A DNA stretch of 64,000 nucleotides from an uncultured Fibrobacteraceae bacterium (lineage in GTDB: Bacteria > Krumholzibacteriota > Krumholzibacteriia > LZORAL124-64-63): the NCBI GenBank assembly GCA_964461255.1, contig CAYWTR010000006.1:17287-81286 (forward strand), read 5' to 3'. Both the position numbers and the translations under genes were made by a program. Below the pieces are notes generated by a model. The model was given only the letters and a program-made list of their open reading frames with translations, searched no databases and was not told the DNA's origin. Positions 6,932-16,883 of the stretch are shown here, one piece after another (positions within the stretch are counted from its first letter, which is position 1; every line of letters starts with the position of its first letter).

Positions 6932-9739
6932 CTACCGGATGATCACGAACTTGCCGATGAAATCGTCGAACGACTTGTCGTCCGACTGCACCGCGTACAG
7001 GTAGATGCCGCTGACGACCTCCTGGCCGTTGCGGCTGACGAGGTTCCAGCTCGTCTGACCGTAGCCGCCCGTGCCGTCGTGCTCGATCGTCTGCACCAGA
7101 TCGCCGTCCTCGGTGAAGATGCTGATCTTGTTCCGGGCGCGCGGCAGATTGGCGAAGGCCACTCTCACCCCGGTCGGATCCTCCGAATTCGGGCGCAGCT
7201 GCTGAAAATCGCGCAATGCTGCCCGCGTCGCAGGGTTGGGATAGACATAGATGTTGGGGCCGAAGCGCTCGCGCTCCTCGGGCGTCTGCGCCATCGTCGC
7301 CGGCACCGTGTATGTGAACGACGAGCCCGGGTCACCGCTCTGGCCGGCGCCGATGATGCGCCAATCGCCGCCCACCGGCGTGATCGCATGGTCCGTGGCA
7401 GTCACCGAGTAGAAATAGATGAAGCCGTTGTGAACCTCGCGGTCGATGTACTCGTAGAACCGCGTCGCCAGCTTCTCGCGTATGAACGGCTCCTGCTCCT
7501 CCCTCGCCGTCACCATGAAGAAGGTGTCCAGCACGGCTGGGTACCCCTCCCACGGCAGCAGCCCCATGTACTTCGGGATCGGCGTGCCGTTGCGATCCCG
7601 CAGCGCCGGCCGCGTCAGCAGCAGGCCCGCGCTGTCGGCGTCCACGACCGCCTGCATCGCCTCCGCCAGGCCCGTGAAACGCTCGTCCGCCAGGCATATC
7701 GGCGTGTAGATGATGTCCTCCAGGCCGGTGTTCGGGCCCAGCGGCAACGTGTCGTAACGCGCCACACCGTCGATGACCCTGGATGTTATCCAATGGTTGG
7801 CGACGTCGTATTCCGCGATTAGGCTCCACAACGTGCTCTCGGGCCCGTTCTCCAGTGATGAGCCAAAGGGACGATCCCAGTTGTCGGCCCGCCATACACG
7901 GTAGGATTCGAAATCGATCTGATTGGTGCGGACGTCCGGCGTGACCTCGCTGCGGTTGTCCCAGAAGACGTGCGCCGAGGTGTCGGTCGGCCAGACGCGC
8001 AGGCCCGGCGGCGGGGGCGCCATGCCGACCAGCCAGGTGATCTGCGACTCGTTGCCGTCGATGCCGGTGCACCCCGCCTTCTGCGAGACAGGGACATCCG
8101 GGTCCCAGCAATTCCACCCCGCCTGCGTGTCGGTCTGGTTCTCCTTCGTGCAGGCGCGCCCGTTCTGCCGCCCGCACTCGAAGCAGTTGTCCAGGTTGAC
8201 GTAGATGCAATCCTTCGGCGGCCCACCATCGGGCGGGAAATAAACGAAGAGATCGCTGTTGGTGATGCGCGGTCTGCCCAGCAGGAATTCAGGCGTGATG
8301 CAGGTCGTGTCCATGTAATCGGCCACGAAATTGAAGATCGGGTTGTCCTGGCCGGGCGGCGCCGTGAAATCCTGCCGGCAGATCAAGGTTTCGCGGCCGT
8401 TGACTCCCGTCAGAGGATCGCCGTCCAGGTTGAAGAAGTTGCCGTAGAAGGTCTGCACCGCCTCGGCGGCGTTGCGCAGCATGCCCGACAATCCGTCGCC
8501 CAGGACCAGCGCCGCCTGGAAGGTCAGCGTGCGGTCGGGCTCGATCCTCTTGAACGGCCCGGCCGAAATGAGGAAACGGAAGTCGTTCTGCTTGCCCGGC
8601 TGGGTGGGCGAATCCTTTTCGTCCACGCTGAGCAGCTCGTAGCGCTCGGCGTCGTTGGTCGGATCGCCGCCCTGGTCGAAGGATTGCTGTCCCGAGAAGG
8701 CCTGCGCCGAGCGCAACCGCACGGAAGTGGGCGCCGTCTGCCCGGTCGGATCCGTATCGTGCCCCAGAAAGAGCAGACCCATGTACCCGGGCGCGACCCC
8801 GTCATCGCCGTCGTCGTCGTACATGTAGCCGATCGAAACCGGCACGTAGCTGCCGTCGAGCGCCTGCACCCAGCCGTCGAACCAGCCCCACATGTCGTCG
8901 TCGGCCAGGCCCGGCCGGCCCCGCTGGCCGATGTCGGGGTCGGCGAAGAAGCCGATGTAGACGTCAGTCAGCGGCGTGACCCCGATGTTGGTGATGTAGA
9001 ACTCGAAGCCGACGAAATCGTCGACCGTGTCGTTTTCCCACTGGAAGGCCTGCATGACGACCTGCAGGTTCAGCGGCGTGTGGTCGGCGTAGAGCTCCTG
9101 GGCCAGACGCGTGTTGTCGAACATCGTGCAGACCATCATCTGGTTGCCGATCTGCCCGAAGTCCTCGTCGATCAGCCCGTCCTCATCGTCGTCGTAGCCG
9201 TTGAGGATCTCCTCGTCGATCAACCCGTCCTCGTCGTCGTCCGCGCCGACCTCGGGCAGGCGTTTGCCTCCGGCCAGATCGTTGCCCGGCGGGCGTATGA
9301 GCCGGGTGCGGATGGCTTCATAGATCGTGTCGCGCAGGTCGTCGCGAGGGCGGAACTCGGGCGTGTACTGCCCGGTGGAGACAAGCCGCTCGCCCAGCAG
9401 CACGCCGCCCACCCAGAGGCCGGCGCACCACAGGTACTCAACGCCGGAACCGGCAGGCCATTGCGCCGACGGCGAGTCCGAATAGCGCGTGACCGCCGAG
9501 AAATGCGAGCCGATCAACCCCCAGTTGGTGATGTTGACGTGCACCTCACCGACGTTCAGCACGTAGGAGCCGTCGAGGACGTGGATGCCGCGGGGGTCGT
9601 CGCGGACGAAGGGAACGTCCAGATCGACCCAGGCCGCGGCCGGCGAGGCGCACAGCGTCATGACCACCAGAACGCCGGCCAGCCCGAGATCGGCGCCGAG
9701 CCGCGGTTGTCCACTGCGCTTCCAGCCGCTCCTTGCCAT
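6932..9739 (-). CDS. large secreted protein with T9SS / FlgD-Ig-like C-terminal sorting domain and acidic Ca-binding-like repeats
   Basis: Start moved to ATG 9739 (MARSGWKRSGQPRLGADLGLAGVLVVMTLCASPAAA signal; AAGGA SD). The listed start at 9949 would overlap the upstream receptor gene by 150 nt. Repeats DDDEDGLIDEEILNGYDDDEDGLIDED (DxDxDG type). C-terminus ...VYPNPATR...KISIFTEDGDLVQTIEHDG...WNLVSRNGQEVVSGIYLYAVQSDDKSF...GKFVIIR matches the Por_Secre_tail/FlgD-Ig CTD pattern. Confidence 0.65.
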   Translation of the reverse strand: MARSGWKRSGQPRLGADLGLAGVLVVMTLCASPAAAWVDLDVPFVRDDPRGIHVLDGSYVLNVGEVHVNITNWGLIGSHFSAVTRYSDSPSAQWPAGSGVEYLWCAGLWVGGVLLGERLVSTGQYTPEFRPRDDLRDTIYEAIRTRLIRPPGNDLAGGKRLPEVGADDDEDGLIDEEILNGYDDDEDGLIDEDFGQIGNQMMVCTMFDNTRLAQELYADHTPLNLQVVMQAFQWENDTVDDFVGFEFYITNIGVTPLTDVYIGFFADPDIGQRGRPGLADDDMWGWFDGWVQALDGSYVPVSIGYMYDDDGDDGVAPGYMGLLFLGHDTDPTGQTAPTSVRLRSAQAFSGQQSFDQGGDPTNDAERYELLSVDEKDSPTQPGKQNDFRFLISAGPFKRIEPDRTLTFQAALVLGDGLSGMLRNAAEAVQTFYGNFFNLDGDPLTGVNGRETLICRQDFTAPPGQDNPIFNFVADYMDTTCITPEFLLGRPRITNSDLFVYFPPDGGPPKDCIYVNLDNCFECGRQNGRACTKENQTDTQAGWNCWDPDVPVSQKAGCTGIDGNESQITWLVGMAPPPPGLRVWPTDTSAHVFWDNRSEVTPDVRTNQIDFESYRVWRADNWDRPFGSSLENGPESTLWSLIAEYDVANHWITSRVIDGVARYDTLPLGPNTGLEDIIYTPICLADERFTGLAEAMQAVVDADSAGLLLTRPALRDRNGTPIPKYMGLLPWEGYPAVLDTFFMVTAREEQEPFIREKLATRFYEYIDREVHNGFIYFYSVTATDHAITPVGGDWRIIGAGQSGDPGSSFTYTVPATMAQTPEERERFGPNIYVYPNPATRAALRDFQQLRPNSEDPTGVRVAFANLPRARNKISIFTEDGDLVQTIEHDGTGGYGQTSWNLVSRNGQEVVSGIYLYAVQSDDKSFDDFIGKFVIIR

Positions 9740-9797
9740 CTTGTGTCCTTTCCTCCCGGCCTGCCGCCGGCGCCGCGCGAGCGCTCCGCCCGCGCCT

Positions 9798-12700
9798 CTA
9801 GAACATCCAGCCGAGTCCGATGCGGAACAGCCGGTGGTCCTCGAAAACGCGCGGATCGCGGATGGGGTTGAATTCATCGAGATTGTCGCCGTCCCGATCC
9901 TGCAGATAGGCGCCGCCGAACTTCCCGGTCTCCGTAAGGTAAGCCGCATAGGCGGTGGCCGCGTTGTTGAGCCCGGGGAATACGCCGCCGCCCTCGCCGC
10001 GGGGGATGTCCTGATTGATCAGATTGAAGGCCTGCACGTAGATCGTCAGCCGCTGGCCGTAGAAGTTGACGCGGCGCTCGCCCTGGAAATCGAGCGAGAA
10101 CGTCGACGGCAGTCGGTTCAAGTTCTCCCAGAGGGGGTCCTGGCGCCGCGCGAAGCGGTCGACCGGAGTCCAGGGATAGCCGCTGCCGTAGGTGAAGGTG
10201 ATCGACCCGGACCACGATTCCGGCTCCTGCAGGAGCAGGGACAGGTTCAGCGTGTGCCGCTGATCCCAGTCGAGCGGCAGCTCCTGGTTGGGCAGGAATT
10301 CCAGGCCCTCGGGGTTGGCGCCGAATTCCTGCGAGGATGCCACGCCGTCCGCGAAGGCGTACGTGTAGGCGATGTCGAAGGCGAAATTGTTGGCGAACCT
10401 CTTGTTCAGCGTGATCTCGAAGCCGCGCGACGAGGCGTACGCCTTGTTGATGTACCGCGCCAACGTGTTGCCGGTCTCGGCATCGGTCACCTGCGTGGCG
10501 GCGATCAGGTCGTAGATGTCCTTGCTGTAGATGGCGAAGGTGCCCGCGAGGTAGTCGTTGAACTGGTGCTGCAGGCCTGCCTGGTACGAGATCTGGGTCT
10601 CGGCCTTCAAGTTGGGGTTGCCCAGGGTGCCGCTGTTGCCGATCGCGTCCTGGCTCGAGAACAGGTAGTCGCGATCGGGGAATTGGATGAAGCGGCCGTA
10701 ATGGAAGTGGAAGCCGTCGCGCTCGGTGATCGGGAAGGCGAATCCCAGCCGCGGCGAGAACTGGTGCTTGTACTTGGTGACGTTCTTGTTCACGTCCTCG
10801 TTGGTCAGCGTGATCTTGGCCGCCGAGCCGGGAGAGAACAGGTCCCAGCGGAAACCGAGGTTAACCACCATGCCCTCGTATTCCCAGCGGTCGTGCACGT
10901 ACCAGGCGGCCTCGGGATTGTAGGTGTGGAAGATGTTGCGGTTGCCCCCCAGGCTCCAGACACCGGTGAAGCGATTCTGGCGCTCGATCGCCGGGTTGGC
11001 CAGCGCGTAACGCTCGAGATCGTTGTACAGCACCTGCACGCCCGTCTTGACCAGATGCCCGTCCCAGCGCGTGCTGGCCAGGTCGAACTTCATGATGTAC
11101 TGACGGCTGTACTCCTCGCTGTACTGCGGGTTGTCGCTGGTCGTCACGAACAACGGATTGAGGGGATCGGTGTAGTAATCGATGCCCCGCTGATAGATGG
11201 GAGCCTGGCCGGCGAACGCCCCCGGCGACCAGACCCCGCCGTGGTTGTATTCGTAGGGGAACTTGTTGTTGACGGACGCCTTGCTGTCGAAGGCGACCAG
11301 CGACAGCTTGAGCGTGTAGAAAGTCTCGTCGGTCAGGTTGTGCGTCAGCACGAACTTCACCTGCTGGCTCAGGCGCTTGGTCGAGATGTTGTTGTCGGCC
11401 GAGTTGAACCAGGTGTACGCCGAGTCGAGCTGCGCCGTCGAGAAGGTGGACCAGGGATAGCGGAAGCCGTCGAAGACCGGCCGGGCCATCACCGTGTAGA
11501 GGCGGCCGTCCGTGCCGCGCACCTCGAGCACGGGCGCGTTCTGCCGGATGAAGCTGGAGCTGCGCGCGTCGATGACGACCGCCGCCCGCGCATCCTGGTT
11601 CATGCGGTCGAACCACGGCCCGTAGTAGACCGGGATGTAGCGACCGATGAAGAAGAAGGCGTCCGGCGCCAGCGTCGGCACGTAGCGCACTTCGGGCATG
11701 AAGACCAGCCGCTTGGCGTAGCCGGAAACGCTCCAGTTGGGCGCGTAGAATTCGTTGTTCTGGTAGAAATTGGAGTACTCGCCGGTCAGCTTCAGGTTGG
11801 GCCGGAACGTGTACGCCAGCTTGAGCGCGCCCTTGGCGGCGTTCGACTGCCGGCGGCGGAACTTCATCAGTTCCCAGTCGCCGATCGAGATCTTGTACTC
11901 GGGGCGGTTGGCGACCGAGTAGTTCTCGGTATCGGTGAAGGTCAGGTCGCCCGACAGGAAGTAGGTCAACTTGGGCAAAGGCGTCGGGCCGCCGAAACCG
12001 AACTCGAAACGGTCGTAGTTGGTGTAGGTCTTGTCCATGCGGCCGAAATCGTCTGTGAAATAGCGCAGGCCGCCCTCGAAGGTGTCGCCGCCGGTGCGCG
12101 TCGTGATGTTGATGACGCCCGACAGCGCGTTGCCGAATTCGGCGTCCAGCCCGCCGGTCACGGTGTTGACCGCCTCGACCGCCAGGTTGGAGACGGACAG
12201 CGCCCGCCCCCCCAGCGGATCGTCCACCGGCACGTCGTCGATGCGCATCGAGATCTCGCCTGAACGGCCGCCGCGCACGTGCAGCTCGCCCGCGCGCATG
12301 ACCACGCCCGCCTGCTTGGCCACGGCGTCCTCGACCGAATCGATGGCGTACTTGGTCAGCCGCTCCTGGCCTATCTTCTGCTCGGTCGTGGCGCTCTTGA
12401 CGTTGACCATGTAGCGGGCGCCCTCGACCTCGAAGGCGTCGAGCTGCTCGACGATCACGACCCGCATGGAAAAGTTCAGCTGCTTGGTTTCGCCGGGGCC
12501 CAGGGCCACCGTCTGTTCCTCGGGCGCGTAGCCGAGATAGAGCACCTGGATGGTGTACTGTCCCGGGCGCAGACCCTGGAAGAAGAATGCCCCGCCGCCC
12601 AGCGACATGGTGCCGCGGGGCGTGCCCTTGATCAGAACGTTGGCGTAATCAAGCAGTTCGCCCGATTCCGAGTCGCGGATGGTGCCCCTGATGGTCCCGG

Positions 12701-12803
12701 GCGCGGCCTGCGCCAGCGCCTCGACAGGCGTCTGCCAGATGACGCACGCGGCACAGACCGCCAACAAGGGCAGGATTCCGTCGAACCGGTGACGCCGGTG
12801 CAT
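9798..12803 (-). CDS. TonB-dependent outer-membrane receptor with N-terminal carboxypeptidase-regulatory-like domain
   Basis: Start at ATG 12803 (MHRRHRF..., AGGAG 8 nt upstream). Signal peptide, CarbopepD_reg-like domain (GTIRGTIRDSESGELLDYANVLIKGTPRGTMS...), TonB-dependent plug/barrel motifs, C-terminal ...RIGLGWMF. Confidence 0.85.
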   Translation of the reverse strand: MHRRHRFDGILPLLAVCAACVIWQTPVEALAQAAPGTIRGTIRDSESGELLDYANVLIKGTPRGTMSLGGGAFFFQGLRPGQYTIQVLYLGYAPEEQTVALGPGETKQLNFSMRVVIVEQLDAFEVEGARYMVNVKSATTEQKIGQERLTKYAIDSVEDAVAKQAGVVMRAGELHVRGGRSGEISMRIDDVPVDDPLGGRALSVSNLAVEAVNTVTGGLDAEFGNALSGVINITTRTGGDTFEGGLRYFTDDFGRMDKTYTNYDRFEFGFGGPTPLPKLTYFLSGDLTFTDTENYSVANRPEYKISIGDWELMKFRRRQSNAAKGALKLAYTFRPNLKLTGEYSNFYQNNEFYAPNWSVSGYAKRLVFMPEVRYVPTLAPDAFFFIGRYIPVYYGPWFDRMNQDARAAVVIDARSSSFIRQNAPVLEVRGTDGRLYTVMARPVFDGFRYPWSTFSTAQLDSAYTWFNSADNNISTKRLSQQVKFVLTHNLTDETFYTLKLSLVAFDSKASVNNKFPYEYNHGGVWSPGAFAGQAPIYQRGIDYYTDPLNPLFVTTSDNPQYSEEYSRQYIMKFDLASTRWDGHLVKTGVQVLYNDLERYALANPAIERQNRFTGVWSLGGNRNIFHTYNPEAAWYVHDRWEYEGMVVNLGFRWDLFSPGSAAKITLTNEDVNKNVTKYKHQFSPRLGFAFPITERDGFHFHYGRFIQFPDRDYLFSSQDAIGNSGTLGNPNLKAETQISYQAGLQHQFNDYLAGTFAIYSKDIYDLIAATQVTDAETGNTLARYINKAYASSRGFEITLNKRFANNFAFDIAYTYAFADGVASSQEFGANPEGLEFLPNQELPLDWDQRHTLNLSLLLQEPESWSGSITFTYGSGYPWTPVDRFARRQDPLWENLNRLPSTFSLDFQGERRVNFYGQRLTIYVQAFNLINQDIPRGEGGGVFPGLNNAATAYAAYLTETGKFGGAYLQDRDGDNLDEFNPIRDPRVFEDHRLFRIGLGWMF

Positions 12804-13041
12804 GGCACCGCTCCTTTCAGGCATCATGCTGCAGCGAGAATCCAGGATGGCATCGGCTTGCCTTCACGCGCGCGACCCGGCGCAGGGGGAGCCAGGTGGG
12901 GTACACTGTGGGCAACCTTGGAACTCCTTGCGGGCCTGGATTCGCGACTCCTGCGGTGGGGAGAGTCTCGCAATTCGAGCGCCCGGAACCGGCAAATGTG
13001 AGCTGAATATAGAGATTGGCCCCTGGCCTGTCAACCGGCAG

Positions 13042-14040
13042 CTAGACGCCGTTCCGCAGGACCACCGGGCACCGAACCAGGTGTCCCGGCGCGGTTTCCG
13101 CCAACGGCGGCAAGCCCGCGGCGCAGGCCGGTTCGCGCCGCGGGCAGCGCGGATGATAGGGGCAGCCGGAGGGGGGAAACAGCAGCGACGACGGCTCCTG
13201 CGACGCCGCCGGCCCTCCGGTCCGGGCCGCCGGCGTGGGGCCTGCCGCCTTCTTCGCGGACAGCCTCGGCGCCGCGGCCGCCAGCGCCCGGCTGTAGGGG
13301 TGCCTCGGCGGCGCCGCGGCCGGCAGCAACTCGACCAGCCGCCCCAGGTACATCACCGCCACGCGCGCGCAGACGCCGCGCACCACGTGCAGGTCATGCG
13401 AGATCAGCAGCAGGGCCAGGCCGCGCTCGCGCCGAGCCCGCGCCAGCAGGTTCAGGACGCGCGCCTGCACGGGCACGTCCAGGGCGCTGGTCGGCTCGTC
13501 GGCCACCAGCACGACCGGGGCCGCGGCCAGCGCACGGGCGATGGCGACCCGCTGCCGCTGTCCGCCCGAGAGCTCATGCGGAAACGCTTCGGCCGCGTCC
13601 GGCGGCAGGCCGGCCTCGGACAGCAGAGCGCGCACCCGCTCGCGTCGATCGCCCGCGGCGGCGGCGGCGGCGAGCGCCTCGCCGATCGCCACGCCCACGG
13701 CCAGGCGCGGATTGAGCGAGCCGCCGGGCTCCTGGAACACCAGCTGCGCCAGACGGCGGGCGCGGCGCAGATCGGCGCCGCTCAGATTCCCCAGCTCGCG
13801 CCCCGCCACCAGCACGGCGCCGGCGGCGGCCGGCAGCAGACCCACCGCGGCACGCGCCAGCGTCGACTTGCCGCAGCCGGATTGGCCGACCAGTCCGACC
13901 GCTTCGCCGGCGGCCACGGACAGCGACACCTCGCGGACCGCCTCCAGGCTCTGCCGGGCTCCCAGCCAGCGGCGGCCGCGCTGGGCGAAAGCCACGGTCA
14001 GGTCGCGCAATTCCAGCGCAGGCTGTGCATCCCGGCTCAT
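13042..14040 (-). CDS. oligopeptide/dipeptide ABC transporter ATP-binding protein (OppF/DppF-like)
   Basis: Walker A GQSGCGKST, signature LSGGQRQR, Walker B LLVADEPTSALD, C-terminal Cys-rich oligopeptide-transporter tail (CPYHPRCP). Start at ATG 14040 overlaps the upstream stop (ATGA). Confidence 0.85.
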   Translation of the reverse strand: MSRDAQPALELRDLTVAFAQRGRRWLGARQSLEAVREVSLSVAAGEAVGLVGQSGCGKSTLARAAVGLLPAAAGAVLVAGRELGNLSGADLRRARRLAQLVFQEPGGSLNPRLAVGVAIGEALAAAAAAGDRRERVRALLSEAGLPPDAAEAFPHELSGGQRQRVAIARALAAAPVVLVADEPTSALDVPVQARVLNLLARARRERGLALLLISHDLHVVRGVCARVAVMYLGRLVELLPAAAPPRHPYSRALAAAAPRLSAKKAAGPTPAARTGGPAASQEPSSLLFPPSGCPYHPRCPRREPACAAGLPPLAETAPGHLVRCPVVLRNGV

Positions 14041-15041
14041 GAAGGCTCCCGCCCGGCCGCCAGCGCGCGCGTCACGTCGGGCAGGCACGCCGCCCGCCGT
14101 CCAGGCCCGACCGCCAGCGGCGCCGGCACCGCCGCGCGGCAGGCGGGGCGAGCGTGGCAGCAGCGCGGCGCGAAGGGGCATCCCGGCTCCGGCCGTCGTG
14201 GATCGTGCGGATCGCCCGGCAGCTCGGGCAGCGGCCCTGCCGGCGGCCAGCTTTCGGGCAGAGACGCCACCAGCGCTCGCGTGTAAGGATGCGCGGGCGC
14301 AGCCAACAGCATGTCCGCCGGCCCTTCCTCCATGATCAGGCCGCCGTACATCACTGCCACCCGCTGCGCCAATCCCGGCACCAGCGCCAGGTCATGGGTG
14401 ATCAACAGCAGCGCCATCCCGCGCCGGCGTGACAGTTCGCCGAGCAAGCCCAGGATCCGCGCCTGCGCGGTCACATCGAGCGCGGTGGTGGGCTCGTCGG
14501 CGATCAGGACATCCGGCTCGCCCGCCAGGGCCAGCGCCAGCAGAGCCCGTTGCCTCATGCCGCCGCTGAGCCGATGGGGGTACTCGTCCGCTCGACGCGC
14601 CGCGTCGGGAAGCTGCACTTCCTCCAGCAACGCCACCGCCCGCTCGCGCGCGGCGCGCCGCGACAGTCCGAAATGCCACCGGAGAGTCTCGGCCAGTTGC
14701 GCCCCGATGGTGAAGACGGGATCGAGGCTGGCGCTGGGATCCTGCGGCACCAGGCCGAGGCCGCGCCCGCGGTATCGCCGCCGCCGCGGCTCGTCGAGCG
14801 CTTGCAGATCCACCCCATCCAATAGAACACGCCCGGTGACCCGCGCCGACGGCGGCAACAGGCCGAGCAGGGCCAGCGCGGTCACGCTCTTGCCGCTGCC
14901 GGATTCGCCGACCAGCGCCAGGGAACCGCCGCGTGCCAACGCAAAGTCGACGCCGCGCAGGACGGGCGTCGAAGGGCCCGCGCCGGCGAACGCGATCGCC
15001 AACCGCTCAACCGTCAACAGCGCGGGCGCGTTCACGCTCAT
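14037..15041 (-). CDS. oligopeptide/dipeptide ABC transporter ATP-binding protein (OppD/DppD-like)
   Basis: Walker A GESGSGKS, LSGGMRQR, ADEPTTALD, C-terminal CPFAPRC motif. Confidence 0.85.
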   Translation of the reverse strand: MSVNAPALLTVERLAIAFAGAGPSTPVLRGVDFALARGGSLALVGESGSGKSVTALALLGLLPPSARVTGRVLLDGVDLQALDEPRRRRYRGRGLGLVPQDPSASLDPVFTIGAQLAETLRWHFGLSRRAARERAVALLEEVQLPDAARRADEYPHRLSGGMRQRALLALALAGEPDVLIADEPTTALDVTAQARILGLLGELSRRRGMALLLITHDLALVPGLAQRVAVMYGGLIMEEGPADMLLAAPAHPYTRALVASLPESWPPAGPLPELPGDPHDPRRPEPGCPFAPRCCHARPACRAAVPAPLAVGPGRRAACLPDVTRALAAGREPS

Positions 15042-15906
15042 TCCTTCCCGCGAAGGCCCGGGGATCGAGCGCTTCGCGCAGGCCGTCGCCGAGCAGGTTG
15101 TACCCCACGACGGTCAGCGTGATCGCCAGACCTGGAAACGCCGTCAGCCACCAGCCGTCGAGCAGATGGGCGCGGCCCTGCTCGATCATCGCCCCCCAGG
15201 ACACTGCCGGTTCCTGCGCGCCCAGGCCCAGAAAACCCAGGAACGACTCCAGCAGGATCAGGTTGCCCAGACGCAGCGCGGCCGCCACGCACAAGGTAGG
15301 CAGCACGTTGGGCAGGACATGCCGCCAGGCGATTCGCGCCGCGCTCAGGCCCAGGCCGCGCGCAGCGGCGATGAAATCGCGTTCGCGCAGCGCCAGCGTC
15401 TCCCCGCGCACCAGGCGCGCCACGCCCATCCACCCGGTCAGGCCCAGCGCCAGCACCACCAGACCCAGCGAGGGATCCGCCAGCGACACCAGCAGCAGCA
15501 ACAGGAAGACCCGCGGGAAAGCCAGGCAGACATCGGTCAGCCCCATCAGCAGTCGATCCAGCGCGGGCGGCCCCAGCCCGGCCGCCAGGCCGACGGCCGC
15601 ACCGCACACCACCGCCATCGCGGCGCCGAACCATCCCACCAGCAGAGAGACGCGGCCGCCGTGGAGCAGCCGCACGAGCACGTCGCGCCCCAGCACGTCG
15701 GTGCCGAGGGGATGCGCGCGCGACGGGGGCTCCAGCCGCGCATCCGCCGGTCCGAGCGCCGCCGGATCGCCCGGGGCGATCACGCCCGCTCCCATCGCGC
15801 CCAGCATGAACAGCCCGATCAGACCCAGCCCCACGCGCGCGGAGCCGTCCCGCCACAGCGCCCGCCAGAACCGGCTGCGCGACGCCCGCGCCGCGCCGCC
15901 GTTCAT
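15007..15906 (-). CDS. ABC transporter permease (OppC/DppC-like)
   Basis: Multi-TM protein with the EAA-like permease motif region (...AARGLGLSAARIAWRHVLPNVLP...). ATGA overlap with the upstream permease. Confidence 0.85.
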   Translation of the reverse strand: MNGGAARASRSRFWRALWRDGSARVGLGLIGLFMLGAMGAGVIAPGDPAALGPADARLEPPSRAHPLGTDVLGRDVLVRLLHGGRVSLLVGWFGAAMAVVCGAAVGLAAGLGPPALDRLLMGLTDVCLAFPRVFLLLLLVSLADPSLGLVVLALGLTGWMGVARLVRGETLALRERDFIAAARGLGLSAARIAWRHVLPNVLPTLCVAAALRLGNLILLESFLGFLGLGAQEPAVSWGAMIEQGRAHLLDGWWLTAFPGLAITLTVVGYNLLGDGLREALDPRAFAGRNERERARAVDG

Positions 15907-16883
15907 CGTCGCTCTCCCGTCAGGCGGATGCGCGGATCGACCGCGCCGTAGGCCAGATCCGCCAGCAGGTTGCCGGCCACGGCCAGGATGGCCGCCAGGG
16001 CGGTCGTGCCCATGATCACCGGGTAATCGCGCGCGAAGATGGCCTCGACCGTCACCCTACCCATCCCCGGCCAGGCGAACACGACCTCCGTGGCGACGGC
16101 GCCGCCCAACAGGAACGGCAGGCTCAGTCCGGCCAGCGTCACCACGGGCAGCAGGCCGTTGCGCAGCGCGTGCCGCCACTGGACCAGCCGCTCGGGCAGG
16201 CCGCGGGCACGCGCGGCCAGGATGTAATCCTGGGACAGCACCTCGGCCAGGTTGTTGCGTAGGTAGCGCGCCGTGCCCGCCGCCGAGAAGACCCCCAGCA
16301 CCAGCACCGGCAGAGCCAGGTGGTGCAGCAGGTCGAGCAGCCGCTGCGCCGGCGGCAGGAACGCGGCGTCCGGCGCCGCGATCCCGCCGGCGGGGAACCA
16401 GCCCAGGCCCCGGCAGAAGACCAGGATCAACATCTGCCCAAGCCAGAAGGCCGGCATGGAATACAGCGCCAGCCCCGCGACGGTGGCCGCCCGTTCGCCG
16501 AGCCGACCGCGCCGTCGAGCCATCCAGACCCCGGCGACGATCGCCACGGCAAGGTGCGTCAGGTAGGCGCTGAGGGTCAGCAGGAGGGTCGGCGGGATCG
16601 CCTCGCCCAGGATCTCGGCCACCGGCCGGTGCTGTCTGAGGCTGCGGCCGAAATCGCCTCGCGTCACCACGCCGGTCAGCCAGTGTGAGTATTGCGCCCA
16701 CAGCGGCCGGTCCAGGCCGAGGGAACGGCGCCAGGCCTCGCGCCCCGCCGCGTCGAGGTCGGCGTCGGCCCAGCGATCGAGCGGATCGCCGGGCGCCAGG
16801 CGCACGATGAAGAAAAGGGCCGTCAGCATGGCCAGGACCAGCAGCGTCGAGGCGGCCAGACGGCGGCACAGATAACCGAACAA
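15903..16883 (-). CDS. ABC transporter permease (OppB/DppB-like)
   Basis: C-terminal 326 codons of the listed 1147-aa ORF. Proposed TTG start at 16883 (LFGYLCRRLAAS...) preceded by GGGAGGG. The remaining upstream frame is antisense to the lipoprotein gene and is discarded. Confidence 0.65.
   Translation of the reverse strand: MFGYLCRRLAASTLLVLAMLTALFFIVRLAPGDPLDRWADADLDAAGREAWRRSLGLDRPLWAQYSHWLTGVVTRGDFGRSLRQHRPVAEILGEAIPPTLLLTLSAYLTHLAVAIVAGVWMARRRGRLGERAATVAGLALYSMPAFWLGQMLILVFCRGLGWFPAGGIAAPDAAFLPPAQRLLDLLHHLALPVLVLGVFSAAGTARYLRNNLAEVLSQDYILAARARGLPERLVQWRHALRNGLLPVVTLAGLSLPFLLGGAVATEVVFAWPGMGRVTVEAIFARDYPVIMGTTALAAILAVAGNLLADLAYGAVDPRIRLTGERR

Noticed and set aside
6932-9949. Listed start (9949) of the T9SS-CTD protein overlapping the TonB-dependent receptor gene by 150 nt
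   Set aside because: An in-frame ATG at 9739 with an SD is followed by a textbook signal peptide. The upstream 70 codons are most likely untranslated.
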